From Candidatus Desantisbacteria bacterium CG1_02_49_89 (GTDB taxonomy: Bacteria > Desantisbacteria > UBA1551): a stretch of DNA of 36,459 bases. Positions within the stretch are counted from its first letter, which is position 1. The number at the start of each line of letters is the position of its first letter. A program made the position numbers and the translations under genes. This document shows positions 27,803-36,193 of the stretch, piece after piece. The stretch lies in assembly GCA_001871075.1 (NCBI GenBank), contig MNUP01000147.1:1-36459 (forward strand), given 5' to 3'. The notes under the pieces were generated by a model that was not told where the DNA came from, did no database searches, and saw only the letters and a program-made list of their open reading frames with translations.

Positions 27803-27912
27803 ATTATGAATTATGAGTTATGAGTTATGAGTCAAGGAATCAGGGCTGAAGCCCTGAGTTACAATAAGTTCCTTGCTGTTGATTCATAATTCATAATTCA
27901 TCATTCATAATT
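27803..27912. repeat. Heptamer inverted-arm element with nested hairpin
   Basis: (RTTATGA)x4 at 27803-27830, TCAGGGCT-GA-AGCCCTGA at 27840-27857, (TTCATMA)x4 at 27883-27910. Confidence 0.9.
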
Positions 27913-27918
27913 GAATTT

Positions 27919-29112
27919 CTAACAGACCCTGTTTCTTCCGGTATTTTTCGCCTGAAGGAGGGCGGCATCAGCCTTGGCGATGAGCTCATCCTTGGTGATG
28001 AGGCCGTCGCCTGAATAAGACGCTATGCCTATGCTGATGGTAACGTGCATCTCGTGGCTATCCGTGCGAAAGACGTGATCCTCAACCGTTTTTCTGATCC
28101 TTTCCGCGACTGTTTTTGAGCCTTCGTAAGATGTTTCGGGAAGGATGATCACAAATTCATCTCCCCCGTACCTGGCCACGAAATCAATCTCGCGCACCGA
28201 GGTCGACAGGATCTCGGAAACATCCCTTAATACCGTATCCCCGAAAACATGCCCGAAACTGTCATTGCACTTCTTGAAAAAGTCCAGGTCGCACATAAGC
28301 AGCGATATCTTAAGCTTGTAGAATGTCGTCCTCTTCATTTCCTCTTCAAGATGCTCCTGGAAATACCGGTGCAGGTATAGATGCGTGAGGCCGTCCCTTA
28401 TGGAAAGTTCCTGGGTTCTCTGGTAGAGTTTTATGTTTTCCAGGGAAATTACAAGAAGGTTTGCCAGGACTACAAGCAGCTTGAGGTCGTCTTCTCTAAA
28501 CGCTTCGGCTGCAGGCGCCCTGACTTCGATTATGCCGGTAACTTCTCCGTGCCCGCCCTCTTTTTTTACCATAAGCGGGGCGCAAATAAGCGAACCTTCC
28601 TCTTTTTCGTCCGGCATAGAAAATTTGGTTTCCAGCGAAAGGTTCTTCACAAGAACCGACCCTGCGTTTTTTATCACCCACTGGTATAGAGGATCTCCGA
28701 TATGCGGGATCTTCTTGACTCCGTCGCCCTTTTCCGTGAAACCCGCAGATGCTTCCACTGTAAGGTCCCCGTTCTTGCTCAGCTTCATTATGACGCAGCG
28801 GCCGTATGTAACCAGCTTGAACAGGGAGGAAGCTATGTAACCGTAAAGCTCGTCCTCCTGCATAATGGAACCTGCCTTGGAAGCTATCTCGGAAAGAGAG
28901 TAGTAACGGTTCAGTTTGCCGGTAAGGTTGGTGTTGAGCGCTGATTCCCTGTCGTGTTCCTGGCTCAGTCGCGCGTAATCGCTGAGCACGTCTTCATAGC
29001 TTGCTCCGCGCACGCCGCTCTCTTCTCTCTCGCTCCTTTCCCACAGAACGAAGAAAAGCATGAAAAGGAACATTCCGAATATGCCTATCTGGAGCGTAAG
29101 GGCCAGTATCAT
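27919..29112 (-). CDS. Membrane-anchored GAF-GGDEF diguanylate cyclase
   Basis: N-terminal TM helix, GAF domain, DLDFFKKCND.FGH..GD, REID I-site, RYGGDEF. Confidence 0.92.
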   Translation of the reverse strand: MILALTLQIGIFGMFLFMLFFVLWERSEREESGVRGASYEDVLSDYARLSQEHDRESALNTNLTGKLNRYYSLSEIASKAGSIMQEDELYGYIASSLFKLVTYGRCVIMKLSKNGDLTVEASAGFTEKGDGVKKIPHIGDPLYQWVIKNAGSVLVKNLSLETKFSMPDEKEEGSLICAPLMVKKEGGHGEVTGIIEVRAPAAEAFREDDLKLLVVLANLLVISLENIKLYQRTQELSIRDGLTHLYLHRYFQEHLEEEMKRTTFYKLKISLLMCDLDFFKKCNDSFGHVFGDTVLRDVSEILSTSVREIDFVARYGGDEFVIILPETSYEGSKTVAERIRKTVEDHVFRTDSHEMHVTISIGIASYSGDGLITKDELIAKADAALLQAKNTGRNRVC

Positions 29113-30251
29113 TTTTTGCCGTATGCAACCGTTTGGTTGCGTCCTCCTTCTTTCGCCCTGTAAAGAGCCTCGTCAGCGTGTTTTATGAGCTCGTCGATCG
29201 AGGTGCTGTCATCAGGGTATGTGGCGTGCCCCAGGCTTATGGTCACACCCGTAAACCCGCCTTCAATTTCAAGCTTGAGCGTTTCGACCTTCTTCCTTAG
29301 TTCCTCAGCAAGAGCCCTTGTTTCGTCTTTCCCGCGGTGCAGCAAGATTATTACAAATTCCTCTCCGCCGTACCTGACGGCTATATCTGTTTCGCGCACG
29401 CCTTCTTTGAGGATTTTTGAAACGCGCCGCAGAAGCTCGTCCCCTGCCTGGTGCCCGTACTGGTCATTGTATTTTTTGAAAAAGTCTATGTCAGCCATAA
29501 GCAGCGAAAACACTTCATTGTATGTTTTCGCCCTTTTCGCCTCAATCGCGAGTTTTTCCTGAAAATACCTGTGGACATATAATCCGGTCAGCCCGTCCAC
29601 TATGGCAAGCCTTTCCACTTCCCCGTACAGCTTTGCCCTTCTCAGTATTATGGAAGTCTGGGCGCAGAGGTTTGTCAGCTTGAGCAGGTCGTCATAGCTG
29701 AAAGGAAGGTATGGCTCTCTCTCTCTCCTCATTTCTATCGTGCCGATCACCTTGTCCTCTGCTATGAGCGGCACCATAATAAAGATCTCCGGTTTTTCCT
29801 CGCCGTCATCTATGTATTCTTGTATCCTTTTTTCATCGGGTGAAACAATGGGCCTTTTGTTCGCTATCACATTGAGTATATTTTTGTCAGTGACCTCCAC
29901 CCTGTCGTTCAGAAGAAGGTTCAGGACAAAATCATACTGTATTGCCGTGGACATATTCCCTTCATCCTCGGTAAAAAGGCACAGTTTTGAAAACGAGAAC
30001 TCAAAATATTTGCGCATCATCTGGCTCATTATCTTGAGTATGTCTTCCATGTTCATAGTTGTGGCTATATCCCTCACGCCTTCGTATATGCCGAAAATAT
30101 CCTCTGCGTCCTTGTGGAGTTTTTTCGTCGTCTCGCGCAGCAGTCTTAGGTCATACACGAGCTTGAAATATCTTCTTCTCGACCTTTCAACCACAAGCAG
30201 CAGTATTATCAGGCAGCCGAATATTAAACTCATTATCTGCAGCAGTAACAA
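29109..30251 (-). CDS. Membrane-anchored GAF-GGDEF diguanylate cyclase
   Basis: N-terminal TM helix, GAF-like domain, DIDFFKKYND.YGH..GD, RETD I-site, RYGGEEF. Confidence 0.92.
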   Translation of the reverse strand: MLLLQIMSLIFGCLIILLLVVERSRRRYFKLVYDLRLLRETTKKLHKDAEDIFGIYEGVRDIATTMNMEDILKIMSQMMRKYFEFSFSKLCLFTEDEGNMSTAIQYDFVLNLLLNDRVEVTDKNILNVIANKRPIVSPDEKRIQEYIDDGEEKPEIFIMVPLIAEDKVIGTIEMRREREPYLPFSYDDLLKLTNLCAQTSIILRRAKLYGEVERLAIVDGLTGLYVHRYFQEKLAIEAKRAKTYNEVFSLLMADIDFFKKYNDQYGHQAGDELLRRVSKILKEGVRETDIAVRYGGEEFVIILLHRGKDETRALAEELRKKVETLKLEIEGGFTGVTISLGHATYPDDSTSIDELIKHADEALYRAKEGGRNQTVAYGKK

Positions 30252-30266
30252 AAGAATTTCCCTGTG

Positions 30267-31652
30267 CTATATACCGGATTTGCCGTAGGCTTCGATGAAC
30301 GTGTCCACGACAACCGGGTCAAACTGGGCGCCGGCGTTCTTTCTCAGCTCCGCGACTGCTTTTCCGTCCGGCATTGCCTTCCTGTACGGCCGGTCCGAAG
30401 TCATGGCCGAGAACGCGTCCGCGACCATCAGTATCCGGGAGCCCAGCGGTATCCTGTCACCCTTCAGGCCGTCCGGGTATCCCTTGCCGTCATACCTTTC
30501 ATGCAGGTGCAGTATCAGGGGTGCGAGGTGCTTTAATATTTTAATATGGCTCACTATATCCGCGCCTATTTTTGAATGGTTCGCAACCTTCTCGAATTCC
30601 TCTACGCTGAGCTTATCGGGCTTGCTGAGTATTCTCTCCTCGATACCGATCTTGCCCAGGTCATGTATAAGGCTGGCATATGCGATGGATTCTGTCTCTT
30701 CGGTTGAAAGCCCCATCTGCCTGGCTATTGTTATCGCGTATTTTTTCACGTCCCTTGAATGGTCTGCCGTATAAAAATCCCTTGTTTCCACAACAACTCC
30801 CAGGGCCTCAAGAAGCCCCAGGTGGCTTTCCTCTATGTCCTTGAACAGCCTTGCATTTTCTACAACTACCGCAACCTGGTTGGAGAAAGCGGTAAAAAGC
30901 CTTATCTCCCCCGGGCTGAATTCCCTGGATGAAGACGTATACACGCTGAGGCTGCCGATGGCCTTTTCCTTGACTATCAGGGGCACGCACAGCATTGAAG
31001 TAATGCCCTCGTTTTTCGCGTATTTTGCGTACCTGTATTTCGGGTCCTTCCTGACATCGCAGCTGAAATACGGCTTCCTGTTCTCAACTACCCATCCCGC
31101 TATGCTGTCCCCTACTTTTACGCTGCCTTTTCCCTGGTAATCCTTGCTCAGCCCGTAAGAAGCTGCCATGCTCAGCACTCCGTCTGAATCTATCAGCCTC
31201 ACGGCGCAGATCTTGACTTTCATCAGGCGGGACGCTATGAATATAACAAGGTCCAGTATCCTGGGCAGATCGAACGTGGAAACAATGATCTCGCTGACCC
31301 TTTCAAGGGCTGACTGCGTCCTGATGAGCCTTTTACGGTCCTTTACGCAGGAAACAAGCAGGCCCGAGAGCTCCGCATTGACCATCCTCACGTCACCGTT
31401 GAGCCAGGGCACCAGTTTTCTATACCACCCGTTAGACAGGTCCAGTATCGTCATGCCCTTCATTTTACGGAAAAAAACTGCGGGATCCGAAGTAGTGAAA
31501 ACACTGGATTTTTTGGCTATTTTTGTCAGGGGGGATGACTCCTCATTGTCCAGCACGCCGTTTATCTTTATATCTCCGATACCAAGGAAGGTTTCAAGCA
31601 GGTCTATGGCGCCTTCTCCCCCGACTATCCCTACTTCTTTTTGTAACCTCAT
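30267..31652 (-). CDS. GAF plus HD-GYP cyclic-di-GMP phosphodiesterase with Rossmann-like N-terminus
   Basis: GAF domain, YTADHS, IHDLGKIG, HLHERYDGKGYPDGL, VADAFSAMTSDRPYR. Confidence 0.9.
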   Translation of the reverse strand: MRLQKEVGIVGGEGAIDLLETFLGIGDIKINGVLDNEESSPLTKIAKKSSVFTTSDPAVFFRKMKGMTILDLSNGWYRKLVPWLNGDVRMVNAELSGLLVSCVKDRKRLIRTQSALERVSEIIVSTFDLPRILDLVIFIASRLMKVKICAVRLIDSDGVLSMAASYGLSKDYQGKGSVKVGDSIAGWVVENRKPYFSCDVRKDPKYRYAKYAKNEGITSMLCVPLIVKEKAIGSLSVYTSSSREFSPGEIRLFTAFSNQVAVVVENARLFKDIEESHLGLLEALGVVVETRDFYTADHSRDVKKYAITIARQMGLSTEETESIAYASLIHDLGKIGIEERILSKPDKLSVEEFEKVANHSKIGADIVSHIKILKHLAPLILHLHERYDGKGYPDGLKGDRIPLGSRILMVADAFSAMTSDRPYRKAMPDGKAVAELRKNAGAQFDPVVVDTFIEAYGKSGI

Positions 31653-31709
31653 ATAACCTCTTTTTTCCCGTGATGCTCTTTGCGGGAAATCAGCACAGTG
31701 AATTTTATA

Positions 31710-33422
31710 TTACATTTTTTCTTTCGGGCTTATTCCCATAAGCCCAAACGAACCTGCCAGCACTGTCTGGATAGCTTTTACCAGCGTCAGCCTTGCAAGC
31801 GTAAGATCACGGTCATCGCTTATTACCCTGTGGTCGGTGTAAAATCTGTGAAAGAGCCCGGCGATCTCCTGCGCATATACGGTCAGGCCGTGTGGTTCCC
31901 TTGAAACAGCCATTTCAGCTATCTCGTCCGGGAAGAACGCCAGCCTTTTCATTATCTGAATTTCTATATCGTCTTTAAGCAGTTCCAAATTTGCATTTTG
32001 CAATTTGTCCGAATGGATCCCTTTGGGGCATTTTGCAATTTGCAATTCTTTATTGGATGCTTCATTAAAAATGCTGCATATCCTGGCATGCGCGTACTGG
32101 ACGTAGTATACCGGGCTCTCCATCGACTGCTCTTTGGCAAGCTCAAGGTCAAAGTTGAGGTGGCTTGAGGATTTCCGCATCAGGAAAAAGAAGCGTATTG
32201 TTTCGCTGCCTACTTCCTCCATTACCTCACGCAGGGTTATGAACTCCCCCCTGCGGGTGGACATGCGGACCGGGCTTCCCTTCCTCGAAAGGCTTACAAG
32301 CTGGTAAAGGATTATTTCCAGTTTCGACGGGTCATAGCCCAGCGCGCTTACGGCGTTCCTGACCCTCTGGACGTGCCCGTGGTGGTCCTGGCCCCATATG
32401 TCAATTATTGCGTCAAAATTGCGGTTGTATTTATCGCTATGGTAAGCGATGTCGGACGCGAAATACGTGGGGGTCCCGGTGCTGCGCACAAGCACGTTTT
32501 CCCTGTCTTCCTGGCCTTCTTCCGCGCCCTTGTCCTGCCGAAGGTTGAACCACAGGGCTCCGTCCTTCAGGGAAGTAAAACCTTTTTCTTTAAGGGTATC
32601 TATGGCTTTCGCCACTTTCCCGGTGCTGTATAGGGATGATTCTGTAACCCAGCTGTCAAAGACAACGCCGAAATCGGAAAGGTCTTTTTTTATGCACTCA
32701 AGTATCTGTTCGACCGCAAAACCGGAAAAGAAATCCGGGGGTTTTTCAAGGCATCCGCTGCCGTGCTTTTCCTTCAGCCTGCCTGCTATGTCCTTCAGGT
32801 ATTCTCCCTCGTAGCCGTTCTCCACTATTGCGGGCGCAAGGCCACAGAGCTCACAATACCTTGCTTTCAGGGATTTCCCCAGTATGTCGATCTGGGTACC
32901 GACATCGTTTACGTAATATTCCTTTACCGTTTCATAACCTGATTTTTTCAGGATGTTGCCCAGCGCATCCCCTACCACAGCGCCCCTTGCGTGGCCAATA
33001 TGGATCGGCCCGGTGGGACCGACGCTTGCAAACTCAACCTGTATCTTTTTGCCTTTCCCGGAATCGGAAGAACCGTAACCGCCGCCTTCGGAAACTATTT
33101 CAAGCAGGTTCTGCCTTAAATATGATTCATCTATGAAGAAATTCAGGAAGCCGCGGCCCGCTATCTCTTTTTTTTTGATGAATTTTACGCTTCCCCCGTC
33201 TCCCGTCTCAAGACAATCAAGTATAACACCCGCAATTTCCTCAGGCTGCCTGCCTGTTTGCTTCGCAAGGTTGAAGGAAACAGAGGAACACAGGTCTCCG
33301 TGCTCCCTGTTTTTCGGCACTTCGATTGTCAAAGAAGGCAATTTGTCTATTTTAAGTGAACCGGACGCTATAGCCTTTCCGACAGCCGACTGGATCATCC
33401 GGCTCAGTTTTTTCTTCAGCAA
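31710..33422 (-). CDS. argS: Arginine--tRNA ligase
   Basis: VEFASVGPTGPIHIGHARG, YYVNDVG, MSTRRG, YYVQYAHAR, terminal EKM. Confidence 0.96.
   Translation of the reverse strand: MLKKKLSRMIQSAVGKAIASGSLKIDKLPSLTIEVPKNREHGDLCSSVSFNLAKQTGRQPEEIAGVILDCLETGDGGSVKFIKKKEIAGRGFLNFFIDESYLRQNLLEIVSEGGGYGSSDSGKGKKIQVEFASVGPTGPIHIGHARGAVVGDALGNILKKSGYETVKEYYVNDVGTQIDILGKSLKARYCELCGLAPAIVENGYEGEYLKDIAGRLKEKHGSGCLEKPPDFFSGFAVEQILECIKKDLSDFGVVFDSWVTESSLYSTGKVAKAIDTLKEKGFTSLKDGALWFNLRQDKGAEEGQEDRENVLVRSTGTPTYFASDIAYHSDKYNRNFDAIIDIWGQDHHGHVQRVRNAVSALGYDPSKLEIILYQLVSLSRKGSPVRMSTRRGEFITLREVMEEVGSETIRFFFLMRKSSSHLNFDLELAKEQSMESPVYYVQYAHARICSIFNEASNKELQIAKCPKGIHSDKLQNANLELLKDDIEIQIMKRLAFFPDEIAEMAVSREPHGLTVYAQEIAGLFHRFYTDHRVISDDRDLTLARLTLVKAIQTVLAGSFGLMGISPKEKM
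31988..32046. repeat. In-frame heptamer and palindrome insertion in argS
   Basis: AATTTGC ATTTTGC AATTTG [TCCGAATGGATCCCTTTGGG] GC ATTTTGC AATTTGC AATT. Confidence 0.85.
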
Positions 33423-33446
33423 TATGACCTCTCTGGATTTACAGCC

Positions 33447-33737
33447 CTATTTCTGCTCCGGCGGTGCGGCGGGAGATTCATCCGCGGGCTCCTCTTTTTC
33501 CTCTCCCTTTCCCAAACTCAGCAGCCAGGTTACGAGGATCGCGCACAACACGCCTATAACCGCCTTACTGGACCTGACCCATTTCGTGGGCTCAAGGGAA
33601 CTGACCAGAAGAACACCGAGCTGTGCCCCGAGAAGCGCCGTAAAGAAGTTGCCTCCCCTTGCGTCCCGGAAGACTTTCGATATTGACCCAACTATCAAAG
33701 CTATGACAACTGTTGCGACAAACCCATACCACTCCAT
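33447..33737 (-). CDS. Small three-helix membrane protein (GlsB/YeaQ/YmgE-like)
   Basis: Three hydrophobic segments with Gly motifs and an acidic tail; GGAGGTG before ATG 33737. Confidence 0.6.
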   Translation of the reverse strand: MEWYGFVATVVIALIVGSISKVFRDARGGNFFTALLGAQLGVLLVSSLEPTKWVRSSKAVIGVLCAILVTWLLSLGKGEEKEEPADESPAAPPEQK

Positions 33738-33765
33738 GGCTGCTTTCACCTCCGTTCGTTTACTA

Positions 33766-33839
33766 AGCCGACGACCCGACTCGAACGGGTAACCCCCTCA
33801 TTACGAATGAGGAGCTCTGGCCGGTTGAGCTACGTCGGC
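33766..33839 (-). tRNA. tRNA-Thr (CGT)
   Basis: GCCGACG acceptor stem, CCTCA-TTCGTAA-TGAGG anticodon arm, GTTCGAGTC T-loop; CCA not encoded. Confidence 0.95.
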
Positions 33840-33871
33840 ATTCATTTAGACAATTCTTTATTTCGAAACCA

Positions 33872-33916
33872 AGCTCTCGCCCTGACTTAACGTCTGGGCG
33901 GAAGCTACGTCGGCAT
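33872..33916 (-). pseudogene. Duplicate of the tRNA-Thr 5' end with D-loop replaced by a palindrome
   Basis: Plus strand AGCTCT-[CGCCCTGAC-TTAAC-GTCTGGGCG]-GA-AGCTACGTCGGCAT versus tRNA AGCTCT-GGCCGGTTG-AGCTACGTCGGCAT. Confidence 0.75.
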
Positions 33917-33973
33917 GCATTATTGAATATATTGAAGATAATATCTTCAAAGACTCACAAATATATTATATAT

Positions 33974-34002
33974 ATTCTATCAAATAAACGGCAAAAAGTC
34001 AA
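33974..34002 (-). promoter_or_regulatory. Sigma70-type promoter for the tRNA-Thr/argS transcript
   Basis: TTGACT, 17-nt spacer, extended TG-n-TAGAAT in an AT-rich gap. Confidence 0.7.
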
Positions 34003-34019
34003 GGATATACTGTAAAATA

Positions 34020-34472
34020 TCAACTTTTCTGATTTTTTACCGGACCCCAGATCTTTCCTGTGTCAAACCCTATGCTTATCCTGTAGGCAAGAAAATAGGC
34101 AAGCGGATTGGAAATATTCGAAAAAACATCCATTAGCATATGGACGGCAAACCCGATGAATATGCCTTTCACCCACCATTCCTGCGCCGGCCCGAAGATC
34201 ATAAACGCGGAGAAAACAAGAAGGGCTTCTAAGGAATGCAGGTAAACGGCAGCCTTTTTTAATATATTGTTATTGCACATACAATAGAACCTTTTTAGAT
34301 CAAGGTTCAGGCCGGCTTCTCTGAAATAATCTGGAAAATGGTCCAGGTCTATAAAAACGCCTGTGATGAACAGGAGTATTGAAGCCGGGATGCTCCTGCT
34401 TAAAAAATACACACCTGCGCCTGCTCCTGCGGACGCGGCAATATGGTATGCGGGTATTATAAGCCCCTCCAA
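34020..34472 (-). CDS. Membrane protein, putative metal-dependent hydrolase (YdjM/DUF457-like)
   Basis: Hydrophobic protein with N-terminal His, IDLDH, LHSLE and H..MD motifs; start codon uncertain. Confidence 0.6.
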   Translation of the reverse strand: MEGLIIPAYHIAASAGAGAGVYFLSRSIPASILLFITGVFIDLDHFPDYFREAGLNLDLKRFYCMCNNNILKKAAVYLHSLEALLVFSAFMIFGPAQEWWVKGIFIGFAVHMLMDVFSNISNPLAYFLAYRISIGFDTGKIWGPVKNQKS

Positions 34473-34581
34473 TCTAGTCTATAGACCATAGCGTACAAAT
34501 CAATTTTTTTCAGTATTCCAGCGGTAATCTTTTTCTTTGCCGGTGTCACGATGTTACGAAGAACGACGCACGACGCACAAA

Positions 34582-35283
34582 TCAAGGCAGAAGGCGCGCG
34601 GGGCTGATGCGTCCCCAGACCCGGTACTGGCAGAAACCCTCAGCGTACAAGGCGGCGCACTGTATCCCCCTGAACCGCGATATGCTTTTCATGAAGTCAA
34701 CATAATCTATCTTGTCATGCTCAAGCAGCCATTTATACTGGGACTGGTGGCATAACAGCATTTTTTCCTTGGTCCCGATGAAATCTTTGATGTCAACGTA
34801 TTCAGTGGGAATGAAATTCACGCCGCCTGCGTTTTCCATGAAAAACACCGGGGGTATCAGCTTGTGCGCGGGATACCCTGTTTCGTAATTTGGCAGGGTT
34901 GCGATAAAGCTCGCGTCTATCACTAACCTGGACGTGTTGGTGTGGTCGGTCATGTAATCATCCGGTGAATGGGTTATTACAAAATCTGGCCTTGCCATCC
35001 TTATCAGGTCGATGACCTTGCGCCTGGAATCATCGTCCACGAAAAGCTCCAGGTCCGGAAAAAAACCTCCGGCGATCTCAGCGCCGATTATTTTCGCGGA
35101 ATTCTCCGCTTCCTTTTTTCTTGTTTTAGCCAGTTCTTCCGGCGGCACGTCAAAACCGCCCTTGTTGCCGTTGCACAGGTAAGACATGAATATTTCGTCG
35201 CCACGCTTTTTGCACTTCGCGAGTGTACCCGCGCACATAAGCTCTATATCGTCAGGATGCGCTCCTACAGCAAGGACTCTCAT
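34582..35283 (-). CDS. PIG-L/LmbE family deacetylase
   Basis: AHPDD, R.KEA, PD.VITH...DY..DH, H.SQ, AEGF. Confidence 0.9.
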   Translation of the reverse strand: MRVLAVGAHPDDIELMCAGTLAKCKKRGDEIFMSYLCNGNKGGFDVPPEELAKTRKKEAENSAKIIGAEIAGGFFPDLELFVDDDSRRKVIDLIRMARPDFVITHSPDDYMTDHTNTSRLVIDASFIATLPNYETGYPAHKLIPPVFFMENAGGVNFIPTEYVDIKDFIGTKEKMLLCHQSQYKWLLEHDKIDYVDFMKSISRFRGIQCAALYAEGFCQYRVWGRISPARLLP

Positions 35284-36122
35284 AAGCCCGCCTCTTTTTT
35301 GGCTTTTTCCAGGTATTCTTTCGCGCGCAGGATATCTCCTATCCTGTCTTCTCCGGCCTCGCGCTCTATTATCAGGGGCCCTTTGTAACCGACCTCGGCC
35401 AGCTTTTTAACGCACGCGCCCAGTTCAGCCTCGCCCTGGCCTATAGGCGCCTGCTCCCCTATCTTATCTTTTTCTTTCGGCCAGTACCCGTCCTTGGCAT
35501 GGACGTTTATTATGTAGTCTTTCAGGATCTCTATGCCGGGAAGCGCTTTGCTCTTGCCGTAAAGCAGGAGGTTGGCGGTGTCGAAATTCACCCTTGCGTT
35601 CCTTCTGTCCATTTTCTTTATGAAATGCAGCAGCTCCTCTGGTTTTTCCTGGCCTGTCTCGAAGGAGAACATAAGGCCTCTTTCCGCGCAGTAGTCCACA
35701 ACATCGCATACGGAATTATACATCATTTTGAATTCGGGCGTGTTCCCTTCCGGGGGTATGAAACCTACATGCGCCGCCATGATCCTGACGCCCAGCTCCG
35801 CCGTGAAATCAGCTATCTGTTTTGACAGTTCGACCCTTTCCCTGACCCTGTCTTTATTCAGGAACCCGACCGTCCTTATGACAGCGGGAACATCCGAATA
35901 ATCCTCGCCTTCAAAACCCGCGAAAACGGTTGTTACCTCCATTTTCAGCGCCTTTATCTCACTCTTCAGCTTATTCCTCTTTGCAGGCTCCCCGCAGCTG
36001 TAATAGGCATCGGGTCCGAGCTGCACTACCCTGAAACCTATCTCCTTTGCCTTTTTAAGCGCCTCAACGGTATCCGCTATGCCCAGGTTGCACAGAAATA
36101 CACCCACTTCCATCGGCTTCAT
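35280..36122 (-). CDS. Sugar phosphate isomerase/epimerase (xylose-isomerase-like TIM barrel)
   Basis: FETGQE, NFDTAN, VHAKD, GYKGPLIIERE metal ligands. Confidence 0.88.
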   Translation of the reverse strand: MKPMEVGVFLCNLGIADTVEALKKAKEIGFRVVQLGPDAYYSCGEPAKRNKLKSEIKALKMEVTTVFAGFEGEDYSDVPAVIRTVGFLNKDRVRERVELSKQIADFTAELGVRIMAAHVGFIPPEGNTPEFKMMYNSVCDVVDYCAERGLMFSFETGQEKPEELLHFIKKMDRRNARVNFDTANLLLYGKSKALPGIEILKDYIINVHAKDGYWPKEKDKIGEQAPIGQGEAELGACVKKLAEVGYKGPLIIEREAGEDRIGDILRAKEYLEKAKKEAGL

Positions 36123-36139
36123 TTTTCCCCCTAAATAAC

Positions 36140-36193
36140 GATTACGGTGATATTAAAATAATCACTGTAATCTCTTTCCTAATCACTGTAATC
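36140..36193. repeat. GATTACRGTGAT element (1+2 copy)
   Basis: Arms at 36140, 36161 and 36182; its end overlaps the upstream gene's TGA stop. Confidence 0.88.

Noticed and set aside
27919-30251. Cyclases as hybrid (cGAMP-making) GGDEF enzymes
   Set aside because: Both keep the Asp in the GHxxGD guanine-binding position, whereas hybrid enzymes have Ser or Thr there.
8870-36193. Short repeats as a possible CRISPR array
   Set aside because: Units are 6-12 nt, scattered and inverted. There are no 23-47-nt direct repeats with unique spacers and no cas genes.
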